Shown in pieces: positions 51,949 through 64,000 of a stretch of DNA of 64,000 nt. Origin of the DNA: Leucoraja ocellata. Lineage: Eukaryota. Each line of letters opens with the position of its first letter. Position 1 is the first letter of the stretch. The stretch spans positions 1,054,001 through 1,118,000 of the forward strand of contig JAWMAR010000462.1 in NCBI GenBank assembly GCA_036785375.1. The letters run 5' to 3'. Both the position numbers and the translations under genes were made by a program. Below the pieces are notes generated by a model, which worked only from the letters and a program-made list of their open reading frames with translations, was not told the DNA's origin and made no database searches.

Positions 51949-54900
51949 GGTTTAGGAGTAGATTTGGAACAAGATCCAGATCTTGCAAGAAAACGAAAAA
52001 GGTATCCACTTTTTTCCTCAGGATGAAAATGGGACTCTTTTTTATGAATGGCAGATTCACAAAACTGTAATATGAATACGATGTAATCTTCACGTAATTG
52101 ATAGTGTTCTTACGGTTGCTTGAAATACAATAAACTTTTATAGCAAAACATGCAAGATTCTGGAACAATACATGTGTATCGTAACAACGCTATAGACCGA
52201 GCTACTCAAATAAAAGGAATTTCACTCCTTTAAAATCATGGAAGGCACAATGACATCTGTTACTGCGCAGCTAATACTGTCACAGAAATCCTCTAATTCA
52301 GAAAAGTGCCAGCATCAGCTTTCTATTCTTTAACCCTCAGATTACTGGCAGGGAATATAAACACAGATGTGAGCAACATGAAATATTTCACAAAATGTCA
52401 TGTGAAACATACTTGATTGTTCTAACCTATTATTTCCAAGAACCATGTTTTCAAAGATTGCATCTTCAATTAAAATGAGTTGTCAAACACTGGATTATTG
52501 CATTACTGACATTGAGCAGAGGGTTGAGGGCTGGGAGGTGGTAAGGGCAAAGGAAGTTCAGATATGAAATGCAAGAGTGGAAAATGAGTAGCAACTGGTA
52601 GATTCGAACCATAAGTACGAAATGTTATTCTTGATAACAGGCAATGGTCAACAAGTGGCTCACAGCTCTTGGACACTGGTGACATCTTCAGTCTAAATCA
52701 AAGATCTTTACTATAATCAACAGAAATACCAAACTACTTTACCCACTTGGTCAAGCTTTTCATTGTATGTTCTGATGACTATTCATAATTTTTTTTTTAA
52801 ATCAGTAAAAGCTTATCTGATACCAAAAGGGCCTCAAAACAGCCATCTGTTAAACAATCTGTTGAATCAATAGTTTAATTTCACTCTGGAGCAGTCAGGA
52901 TGAACACCCCATGTATATCCTGTAACAATGACTTGAACTAAAGACAAAAGAGCCTGCACTTGCTGGAATCTTGAGCAATAATCAAACTGCTGGAGGAACT
53001 CAACGGATTAAGCAGCACCCGTGGAGTGAAATGGACAGACGATGTTTCAGGTTGAGACCTTTCAGCCTTGGTAATTATCTATATGGCCAGACTCATCTGC
53101 CTGTCACACAGTTCCTTCCCCTTCCTCCTTTGACTCCAACTGCTCATCACCCAACCCTTCCTAATAATAATAATATATTTTATTGTCATTGCACATCAGT
53201 GCAATGAGATTTAGTATGCAGCTTCCAACCGATGTAAAAGAAAAGTAAAATAAATAAATAAGCTGTGTGACGTGACCATCCGAGGGATTACAGTCCAGGG
53301 GGGGTGGGGGGCACTCAGCAGGGCAGGTTCAGAGCCGCTATAACTCTGGGAATAGCTCCTTACTTTGGCTTCCTAATTTTTCTTCCCTCCCAACCACCGT
53401 CCCCTTCTACTCATCCCCACCCCCCACCCCACACTCCAGTTCTGCAATTAATTCCCCAATCCCCAACATTCTTTCTTATCAGATGATACAATTTGCACCA
53501 TTTTGTCTTCTCCACTTGAGTCTTAGTACTTAAGTCTACCCTACCTTCCCCCACCCGACTCATCTGTTAATCAACCCCTTCTTACCTGGATCCACCCAAC
53601 ACTTGCTAGCTCTTGCCCCACCCAATGTCCTCACCTCTTTCCACAAGCTATCCCCTTCTACCCCATCAGTGTGAAGAGGGGCCTCGACCCGAAACATCAT
53701 CCGTCCATTTCTCTCCACAGATGCTGCCTGACCCACCAAGTTCCTCCAGCAGTTTGCTTTTTGTTGAATGTTATTAATTAAATTGTTCTATCAAATTTAG
53801 AGATTCTTTTGTCTTTTGGGCAGCAGTATTGTTCCTCATTCACTCTCCAAGATACCATGGATAACTGGTAATTTAAATAAACACAGGCAATTTTTTTTTT
53901 TACAATGGCTCACTCTACAAAGACAGCTTCAGATCTGCAACAGTATTGAAACACAGTTGTTGATCTCATTGGTAAAGTATGAAGCCCGAGGTAAAACTAC
54001 CAGAATAGAATGGTGATGAAATAGTTTCAATTAACATTTTATTCAATGCCAGAATTGGGGATTGCATGAAACACTGCAAAACTTTCCATGTTGTGCTTCA
54101 AGAAGATTGATTACACTAGGATAAAGTCTGTTCCAAATTCTTTGATATATTGCACCCTCAGAGCTTTCAAGAGGTTCCTTAAGTCTCTACATGCGCGAGA
54201 GCAGGAGCTTTCTTTTCGTCAGTAACATGCACACATGCATCACAATGTTTTCCTAATCAATGCACATACAAATTTCAGGCGACGTTGATTCAATATTGTT
54301 TCATGTAAATAACTAGGCAGGTCTATGTGATACACTTCAACAAAAATAGCTCACAGGGTGCTGATTCTTTTCGACAGTCATCCAATTCAAACACGACTTG
54401 AAAAATAGTATTCACAAAGTTAGTGAGATCCAAAATGCCTAGCATCCTATTAATGTTACCACCTACAAAAACAAAAAGAAGAGAGCTGGGGCAACAAAGC
54501 AATTAACACTTCAACTCCTGTTATTTACCTTATCACTCAGAGATTTCATCAACTAGCAATTAAAAATCAATTAATGACAGATTAAGAAAACCGAGCAGGA
54601 CTCAGAGACACAAGTTTATATCATCCAACTGATCTGGCATCTTCCAGAGAGCCTGTAAAATAGATTGCAAGTAGTGATAGAAACTAATAAAATAATTTAA
54701 GAGAGAGCTAGGCAAATTTCAGGCAGCATTAATTCAGTATTGTTTCATGAGATGGAGGCAAAAAGATAATACTTGGCCCAAGTTACCTCCCAATCTGTTT
54801 CGGATTGGCTTGCAGCAGAATTCTAGTCTATTGCCCATTCCTTATAATGGGCGTTTTCCAACTCTTAATTCCGTCTCTCCTGGAGATAATAAGGTGGCAA

Positions 54901-55089
54901 ACTTTTGCCATCAATAATCTTTTCAAGACTTTGGTGATTGTAATTCTTACTGTGCCCAAAGCTTAAATGTCTTCATATATTTTTGTAGATTTCAAGCAAC
55001 ATAACTCCATTTCAGCAGCACTTGCTTTAGCAGTACACTCTGCAGCATTGCTAAAGGAAAATGCAACAAGTTATGTGTTGTGCTGTGCA

Positions 55090-55941
55090 AATCCGGTGGG
55101 CGGCGCAACTCACATCGCAGCGGCCTCTGCAGTCCGTCTGTATTTTTATTATTTTTTGTCTCGTTTGAATGTAGTTTTTATTTTTTTTGTGTATGTGTGT
55201 GGGTATGTGTGTGGGGGGCGGGGGGTGGGGGGTGGGGGAAACTTTTAAAAATCTATCCCCTGCGCGGAGAACCCGACCTTTTCTCTGTCGGGTCTCCATT
55301 GTCGTTGGGGCCTAGCACCGCGGAGCGGCCTCCAGCAGGAATAACCTAGGGCTCCCGTCGCGGAGCCCGAGGACCTACTCACCATCGCGGAGCTGGCCGA
55401 GTTCGGAGCGGTGGTGGCGCGCTGCTGCGACCTGACCCCGGAGATACGGAGGCTTACCGCAGGTCTGCAAGACAGGAACACTGGGAGCCCGCGGGTCCCT
55501 GCTGGGAGACCGCTTTTCGGGGCTTCCGCAACGGTGACTTCACCTGCCTGAGTTGCGGGGTTGAAGAGTACCTGGAGCGGGGCCTTACATCACCGCCCCG
55601 CGCAGTTTGGAATTGCTGCGGGACTTTGCTAGCGCCCGCCGAGGGCTCCAACAAGACCCGGAGCATGGCCTTGCATCACCCCGCGCGGCGTAAATGGCCG
55701 CGGGACAATTACCATCGCCCGCCGGGGGCTCTGACATCGGGAGGGGAATGGGAAGTGCAGGGGAGAGATAAGTCTTTGCCTTCCATCACAGCGAGGAGGA
55801 GATGCGCTGTGATGGATGTTTGTGTAAATTGTGTTGTGTCTTGGTTCTTTTTTGTGTGTATGACTGCAGAAACAGCATTTCGTTTGAACCCCAATGGGGT
55901 TCAAATGACAAATAAATTGTATTGTATTGTATTATATTGTA
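55090..55941 (+). mobile_element. About 850-bp GC-rich non-coding retroposon with (ATTGT)n tail
   Basis: TSD-like TTGTGCTGTGCA (55078-55089) versus TTGTGCTATGCA (55942-55953). 3' hairpin TTTGAACCCC-AAT-GGGGTTCAAA, AATAAA and microsatellite tail. Confidence 0.75.
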
Positions 55942-58900
55942 TTGTGCTATGCATCAATGTCTGTGTTTTGGACACAAACACAAAATTGAAATACAGGCCG
56001 ATCTCAACCGCTCGTTCCAGAGATGAACTGATGTGATCTAAAGCACACTCAGACTAAATGTCATTGACATAGCAACAGAAAGAAACCTATTCAAACATCC
56101 GAGCAACAGACCTTGGGCTGGCACTATGTGAATGAGACTTGTTTGGACGATCAAAAGATAGGCACAGTCATTACTTTGGCTTATGATGCACTGGATTTTT
56201 TTCTGATCTTCTAAGATTTTCACCTTATCCAAACAGATATGCTTTAAAATTCTATGCCACCGAGACAGTTTTCAAATTGAAAATTAAAATTCCAAGTATT
56301 TGTTTCATGTTATTTCATTAAAAAGGTAAATATTAAATGAAATTTACAGTTCCTTAAAGCAAAAGTCCTGAGTGTTTGAAGTCAACATAAGCAGCATATC
56401 GTTCTTCTTCATCCTCTTTCATCAATATATATTTCTGCAGTACTCTCCCACTTACCAGCAAATGTTTCAATGATATTCACCTCAACTGCGCCATGTTATC
56501 TTGAATCCACATAGCTGGTAATTCAGTTTTTGCTTCTCATTCTGTTCAATTTCTTAGGATTTCTGTCCAATTGTTTACTCTTTGACCAATATTATTTTTT
56601 CCAAAAATGTTTTATTCCAAATATCCGGTGCTCCTAATTTAAATGTAGGTCTGAAATAGTTCATCAATTTCTTGATTTTGCAAACCCCAGCTCCAGAAAA
56701 TAAAAATCAGTCTCAAAGAACTCACTGAATAACACAGGAGACTATTCAGTTCATTGAATTTGTGCTGTTAATGAAATATCTAAAAGATAAATTATACTCT
56801 TTCACTCTGACTTTTAAATTCCATCGATGATTAACCAGTAAAACAGAATCCCCCCCCCCCCCCTTATAAAGAGCCAGTAAATAGCCAGCTAACATTAAAC
56901 AAGAGCAAGGTTAATTCTGGGTTAAACACTGGTAATGCTTGTCAAATCAAACTGTTTAATGCTGCTCCCTTTGTTTTCCAACGTCATGGTCTCTGTTACA
57001 TATTCACAAATATACCTACCACAAGTACAGAATGTACTGGCTGGAGCGGACCTGTGTTACAGCAATGTATTTAAGATCAAAGATAATTATTCCTCAATCG
57101 TGCATTTATTGGTACTTTATTCTTAAGGATTGCCATCTCTCTGAGCGAAACACTGGGGGCCAGAATTACTGTGAACTGTTTGATTTCACTGGCCTTTATC
57201 CTCACAGAGTAAGGAAGTCAGTGATGCAGAAACAACTCCAAATCAAAGTGGAATACTTTGTTCCAATTATTTGGAAATAAAATGCAAGAGTTTATTATTG
57301 CCTGTCATGTTCTCTGCATTATTCCAATTCCTGCTTCTTGTGTATCCCAGATTATTCATCTCTCCACCATAACCAAACCAACCAAACTCTGGAGTCCATC
57401 CCTAAACCTCTCCTCCCAAGAAGCTTTATACTTGGCCTAAGCGTGACACAACGCTTATTTTCTTGTCTGCTCACACAGCTCAATTGAAATTTAGCAGAAA
57501 CCCCTGGACCCCGGACCAATGTTCAGAGTTGAATTTATAATAAGATCCTAACTGAATAAAATCTGAACTCTGCATTCCCACTGATCCCCAGTAACCTTTC
57601 ACTTCCTTTCTTATCAAGAATCTAGCACTACCTTAAAAATATTCAAAATCCACACAGCCAGGAATAGAGTTCGAAATATTCATGACACTCAGGGAAAAAC
57701 AAAATCCCATATTTCTTACATGGGTGACCCCCGTTTCTAGGTTTTACTTTAAAAGGAAACATCCTCTCCATATCCATATCCATCTCTTGGGATCTTGCAT
57801 ATTTTTGTCAATTGTTTACCAAAAAAGATAATTCAAAATACCAGTATCATAAAAATTCTGGGCCCAATATGGGCATTTTTTTTAAAGCATTATATTATTT
57901 CTGAAGCTGAAGAATTCCAAAATTTCATAACTCATTTACCCAATTGACCTTAAATTTATTTACAGCAAAGCATTTAAATTAATTAGACAATCAAAAATCT
58001 AAGCATCGTTGTGCTGCAATGAAATAGATCTTTTGGAAATTACAAATAAAATATACTCTCTACATTGGCTTGCTTGGTGTCAACCAACAAAAGTTGGTTA
58101 TAATTGCTCGGGGCAGGAAGAAACTTCTATGTTTCAAAAAAATAAAAGCCTTGACCACGGGGGGCACTCCACCAAATATTAACTCAAGGATGCAAATGGC
58201 TAGAGCATTTTCTTATTTCCTCGTTTTAAAATCCCTGTCTTTGTAACCTCCGCCAATTCTTTAACCTGCCACAATTCCTTCACTCCTCCAATTCAGACTT
58301 CTTGCTCATATTTGAAAGTTAATCCCTCCACCAAATTATTTGAGATTTCAACTGGTCTGGGATTCCTTCTGTAAATCCTTTACAATTTTCTACTGTGCTG
58401 TTCGTTAGAATGGTTTTCAAAACCTGTCACTTTGTCCAAGCAGTTAGTCATGTGAACCTTGTGGTATTATCAAATCTGTTGCTTAACAATGCTTCAATTG
58501 TGTTCTTTGCAAAGTTTTCATGACATTAAAAGTGCTTTATAACAGAAGCTACTGTTATCCTTCAAATCATCTGTTTATTAGTTTAAGATTCAAATTAAAA
58601 ACATTTAGGAAGCTGATATAATGGAAGAATTTGGACCAGCTCAAGATGAAGGACAATCAACCTCAATGACCCAGTTATTTAGCTTGTGCACTGCACCCAA
58701 GCTTGTAGCTAGGCAATTACAGGAGAGGAAAAATGCAAAATAGAAACAGAAAATCCTGGAAAAATTCAGCAGGTCAGGTAGCATGTATGGAGAGAGAAGC
58801 AGTTAATACTTCAGCTCTTGGACCCTTCAGACGGTCCCTCACCTGAAATATTATCTGCTTCTCTTTCCGCAGATGCTGCCTGACCTGCTGAATGTTTCCA

Positions 58901-59427
58901 GTGTTTCCTGTTGCTATTTCACATTTTTTTCTCCTGTAATTGCAACCTATCCTTGTGCTGTCAGTACATTCAGTCAACATACGTTCAGCACCTTCATGCA
59001 ATTAATTATATAAAATGTTAAAAAAAAAACAGAGATGCCAGCAGTAATCCTCACCAATCCTTGAGGTTCACCAACAATTACATTCCTGCCAATGGGAAAA
59101 AGATCCATTTATGCCTTATTTAGCCAGCAAATTTTCAATCCATGCCATGCTGCGAGCTACACCATATGCTTTGGTTCTGCAATGACTCCATGCAGCACCA
59201 AATGCCTTTTAGAAATCTAGGTGGAGTAAATCCACCAATTCACTCTTATCCATAGCATATTATTTATTTTGTTCTATAAAAAGTCCTCAAATGTTATTTC
59301 CTTTCCATAAAACCACATTGACTTTGCCAGATTGCCTTGAATTTTCGAAGTGCCCTGTTATAATATGTTTATTTATAGCTTTGAACATTGACCAAAGCAG
59401 AAGTTAACAAGGCTATAATTTCCTGAC

Positions 59428-59524
59428 GGTACACAAAATTGTTGGAGAAACTCAGCGGGTGCAGCAGCATCTATGGAGCGAAGGAAATAGGCGACGTTTC
59501 GGGCCGAAACCCTTCTTCAGACTG
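59428..59524 (-). mobile_element. 97-bp PLE-derived element with perfect 13-bp TSD
   Basis: ATAATTTCCTGAC at 59415-59427 and 59525-59537. Confidence 0.85.
59493..59520 (-). ncRNA. Minimal type I hammerhead ribozyme-like core
   Basis: CUGAAGA-A-GGGU(UUCG)GCCC-GAAA-CGUC: both conserved boxes, helix II capped by UUCG, self-complementary ACGU in place of helix III and a GUC triplet. Helix I is weak. Confidence 0.6.
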
Positions 59525-61149
59525 ATAATTTCCTGACTTCTGCCTCTCTCCCCCTTTAGAAACCACAAAGATATCTGAAAGGTCACCTTTTTCCTTTTAC
59601 TCACTCCAGAATAAATCTCGTTATGTTATTTGTGCACCATTGCATTAACTCATCCTCACACTTGCACCAATATTTTGCAGACAGAATTTAGTTGAACAGC
59701 AACACTGAAAACCTTGAGATATTTTGGCTAGAAGCTATTGTGCAAGATTACACCCAACAGGAGACAGCAAGGTTTCCAAGCGTAGTTCAGCACTGACTGT
59801 ATAGTACAAACAACAATGTACAACAATCCTCTTTCCTACTTCAAGAATTAATATATTTTCTCTTTGCATTTGAAGCAATTGGGGGCGATTCTTAACCTGC
59901 TCAGTCTCTCCTCATTTGATTGAATTGCATCCCACGAACAGTGTGATAATCTTCATTGCACACCCTCTGTAGTAAATAGTCATATTTAGACAACGAGTTG
60001 GAAAGTTGTGTCCAACATTCCAGGTGTGATCACATCAAATGTTATTTTTAATTGCAGTAAGACCTCCCAAACCTGAATATAAAATCCTCCAGTATTAAAT
60101 GTCAGTAAATAATTTACCTTCCTAATACACATGCATATGTATTTGAACTTACGTTCCCAAAGCACTTGTGAGGAAATGCAAGATATGAAGCTTACCTTAG
60201 CTGAAAGCTTATCTGCACAAGGCAGTGTCACACAAACAGGAATTAGGTTGTCCAAAATTTTAGGAATCTCTTGGAGACAGATGTTAGGAATGCAATGTTA
60301 ATCCCCAGGCTAAAGTAACCTGTGAGGAAAATCACAGGTCAGCAATGTAATTGTGGTTTCTTTAAAACTTATTTTCATTATACTAGGACTGGAAGTTAGC
60401 TTAGGGAGTAGGTTGGGGGTAGGGGGAGGGACAGGACAAACAAGGCTGTTTGGCAAGGTAAGACTATATGGGACAAAGGTCATACGATAAAACCACTTAT
60501 ATAGATTCAAACCCGTTTGGTGAGGTGTGAGGTATTGGAAAGGAGACTGAGAACGTTACTGCTCTTCAAAAAACACCGACCAGATTTTGTTTTAAAGCAG
60601 CAACAGAACCAATTTCTGGTGAATGCGCAAACTTTGCACAGTTATCACTGGATATTATGATTGAACGTGGGACTCTTGAGCTCTGTAGCTGCAGCTATAG
60701 ATGATGCCCCACTATGTCACCCATAACTATAACTGTTCCCCATGGAGTCCTTCCTGTAGCATGCATCAGCACCACATCCTTCTACATATCCTCTTGGATG
60801 TTTGAGTATGTTGGTCCACAGCAATCGTTTCATCAAAGGATGAATATATTATGCTCAGATCAAGCGGCTCACCGTGGAGCCGTGAACAGAGATTGTAGGA
60901 TTCAACGTTCAGAATGTCAACATTGTGGCAAGCGCGCATTTAAACTGGTTGCAATATTTCACAAAACCTTTCCGATTCCTTTTTTTTTTACAATTTTGAA
61001 AAACCTATCAAAGTCCAAATCCCATTGGAAATATTAGCAAGTCAAAGGGCAAATACCCTTGAAAATGATGCAGCCAACAATTGCCTGGATTTTTAAATTT
61101 TTTTTTAAAGAGAGAGACGATAGAAATAATAGGTCTCGTGCCCCACCAA

Positions 61150-61400
61150 GTCCACTGGTCAGGCCGCATTTGGAGTACTGTGAGCAAATATGGGCCCAAC
61201 CTCCGAGGAAGGATGTGCTGGCTCTGGAGAGGCTTCAGACGTGGTTTACAGGAATGATTCCAGGAATGAGTGGGTTATCATATAATGAGTGTTTGACAGC
61301 ACTGCGCCTTTAATCGCTGGTTGAGGGGGGACCTCATTGAAACTTACAGAATAATGAAAGGCAAATATAGAGTGGATGTGGAAAGGACATTTCCACTGGT
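61150..61400 (+). mobile_element. CR1 LINE fragment
   Basis: [47 protein letters not shown]. Confidence 0.85.
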
Positions 61401-64000
61401 TTCCACTTCCATCAAGTACTCATACATTCTATCCTGCCCTGCACTAATCCCATTTTATTCTCTATACATTTCCATCTACATACTCGGGTGAAATTTACAA
61501 TAGCCAATTCCCTACAACTTGGGTATAGGATGAAACTTGTGGAGAATGTGAAAACTCTACACTGTTAGCCCTAGAGATCAAGTTTGAACCTGGGTCTTGA
61601 GCTGTCAGGTGCAGATCTACCAGCTGCCCCACTGTGCCACTCATAATTTAACATGGCATACAAAATCATCAGCATCATCGTTGAAAACAGTGGCGCTGGT
61701 TTTCGATGGGAACGGTGGCGGAGGCACCACACATCTCTGTCCTCCAGTTCCTGCGGACTTCCGCCACTGGAGTATAGGATTTTGGTGTGTGTGTTTTATC
61801 ATCATTCCTTACAATGCTATGTACGTCAGTAATCAATCAATCAGTTTTATTCATCACACACACAATAAAGTGCAGTGAAATGAATTTGCCAGCAGCGGTA
61901 CAAACAAAAAAGAACACACAATACACAATCAAAATTTAACACAAACATCCACCACAGCATTCTTCACTGTGGTGGAAGGCACAAAGTAGTCAGTCCTCCT
62001 CCATTGTTCCCCCGTGGTCGCAACTTCTACTGAAGTGTGGATGGCCGTTGGCTCGCTAGAAGTTCATCCGCCCTTTGACAGATCTTGTTTTTGGTCCTGC
62101 TAGGGGTCCATAGCCCCCTCCTCACCTGGCAAACAAGGTGGGGAAGACGGTTTAGTCGCCGACTATCCGACCATGGAGCGGATAGCACGGGATTACATGG
62201 TACCCGTGGCGTGGGGGAACTCCCCCCGACCCGACCTCAATGGCATATATAGTTAAGGAAAAACAAGCTGCACATCATCAGTCTCCCCAAATTATTTTTA
62301 TGCAATTTCTGAAATAAAAGGACAAACATATTTTACCTGCTGAAAGAATGTCTGTCTTGGTTCCGAGTGCAACTTTCCTTGTGTCAGCAGGTTATGGGTT
62401 CACATCTCTACTTTTGCATAAACATCTTGGCCTACACTGAGGAAGTCCTAAATTGACAAAGTGTTGTCTTTTTAGGAAGAAGATAAGCAGAGATCTTTTA
62501 TGCCCACTCAAGTGGAACAAAATCTAGCGCTAAACACGTAATTAAAATGATGAATACAATGATTTTTAAATAAGAACTGGAGACCTGGAGCCAGGAATGT
62601 GGACAGAAACATGGCTGGAACTTGGGAATGGGTGCGTCTACCAGGTCAGTGGCTGAGATTGGGAGTTGGAAGTCAGAACATAGCCAGAAATATGGGAGGG
62701 AGGTACAGAGTGGCCAAGAAACAAATTGGGAAGCTGTGAGCCAAGAGTCCAATTGTGAGCATGACAGGACAGATAGTGCATGTGTTTAGTGGCACTTCAC
62801 ATGTACCCACCAATATTTGAGCATTAAATCCCACAGAGCAGACTGTCAAGACCTTGGGAAATTACAGAAATGAGACACGAATGACATCATAGAAAAGACG
62901 AGGAAGTGTTTGTCCTTCAACAGAAAATACGCACTAGATAACATAAAATTGCTTTACCCGTCATCCTAAGAAAAATGTCACAAACCAGAGCTGTGCAATT
63001 CTTAAAAACAATACCATGAAACGTTACCAAATGATTCACTACCCTGAGAACAGACACATTTAAAACAAAAGCAAGTGTGATTTTTCCACCAGTAGCATGA
63101 TAAATTTCCACTTTGAAGGAAATTACCCGAAATTCGGGAAATTCTGGTTGTCCAGGTAATTTTAGGGAAATGAAATAATTTTGGGAAATTTCCCAGCCCG
63201 GTAAGCCTCCCCTAACAGCGCATGTGCGACTGCCGCCCCAACTGCGGACGCGAAGGGGTCCATTCAGTCAGTTTACACAACTTTGAAGGGGCCTTCCATT
63301 TAGATTAACTGCACTGTGAAGAACTGCCAGAAAAAACGACTGATGCTGAAATATGTTGAATCAAGCACAAAATATATTTAGGGCATGAATTCCAAAGGAT
63401 GATGCTGGAGGATAGACAAAAATTGTTGGAGTGATATTTCGGGTTGGGACCCTTCTTCAGACTAAACAGGGATGTTCACTGGTGAGCAGCTGTACTGACG
63501 TGGACATTTAGGTGCCGTGGCCAAAGGGAGAGAAAATGCACCAGATGCTGAAGCAACAAATTGCTGCATTCATGCAGAGATATTGATAGCCAGGCAATTG
63601 CCTCTCGAGCTTTAACAACCACTTTGTCACAGTAATTAAAACTATGAATAACGTTGGTAAGAACTGCAGATGCTGGTTTACACCGAAGATAGGCATAAAA
63701 TGCTGGAGTAACTCAGCGGGACAGGTGTCTCTGGATAGAAAGAACGGGTGATGTTTCGGGTAGAGACCCTTCTTCATACCAGACTTCGGCTGAAGAAGGG
63801 TCTCACCCCGCAACGTTTTCTCAGTTGTCACGCCTATGCCGCAGTGTAATGGAATTTCAGGTGATCATCACCTACTTTTATTTGCTGAAGTGAGATAGTT
63901 GCTCTCTTGGAAAGTTTGAAACTGACTGAAATGCAATGTGAACTTGAAGCTTTCTGCCTTGGTAGAATAGTTTCACAATTTCCAACATCGTGCTAAGCTT

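Noticed and set aside
55090-55941. GC-rich island as the native GPSM1 promoter
   Set aside because: The TSD, 3' hairpin and microsatellite tail mark it as an inserted retroposon.
62337-62447. Possible 111-bp upstream exon on the minus strand (tttAG...CAG|GTAAAA)
   Set aside because: Stops occur in all three frames. It could be a 5' UTR exon, but splice-like motifs alone are not enough support.

Overview
Vertebrate genomic DNA. The repeat content (HE1/V-SINE, CR1/HER1-like LINEs, abundant Penelope-derived short repeats) points to a cartilaginous fish, probably a skate or ray (inference). The only host gene found is GPSM1 (AGS3) on the minus strand. Nine coding exons were read directly with GT-AG sites and consistent phases: a first coding exon at 51785-51948 and exons 2-9 from 38659 down to 10395, giving 1297 nt of CDS that covers the N-terminus, TPR repeats and start of the linker. 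The GoLoco exons were not found and presumably lie left of base 1. The rest is intron or upstream DNA filled with retroelement and DNA-transposon fragments. Most notable observations: (1) about 100-bp TSD-flanked insertions that start at a hammerhead-ribozyme core derived from Penelope-like elements, often in fold-back pairs; (2) a 1.16-kb unclassified element with about 200-bp inverted repeats around a possible decayed ORF; (3) inverted Tc1 ends bracketing exons 8-9, a circRNA-type geometry; (4) a 2.3-kb Gypsy derivative with intact cis signals; (5) a foreign-looking AT-rich, CpG-rich block truncating a CR1; (6) candidate alternative GPSM1 exons. Repeat boundaries are approximate, and repeat family names come from motif recognition rather than database searches.
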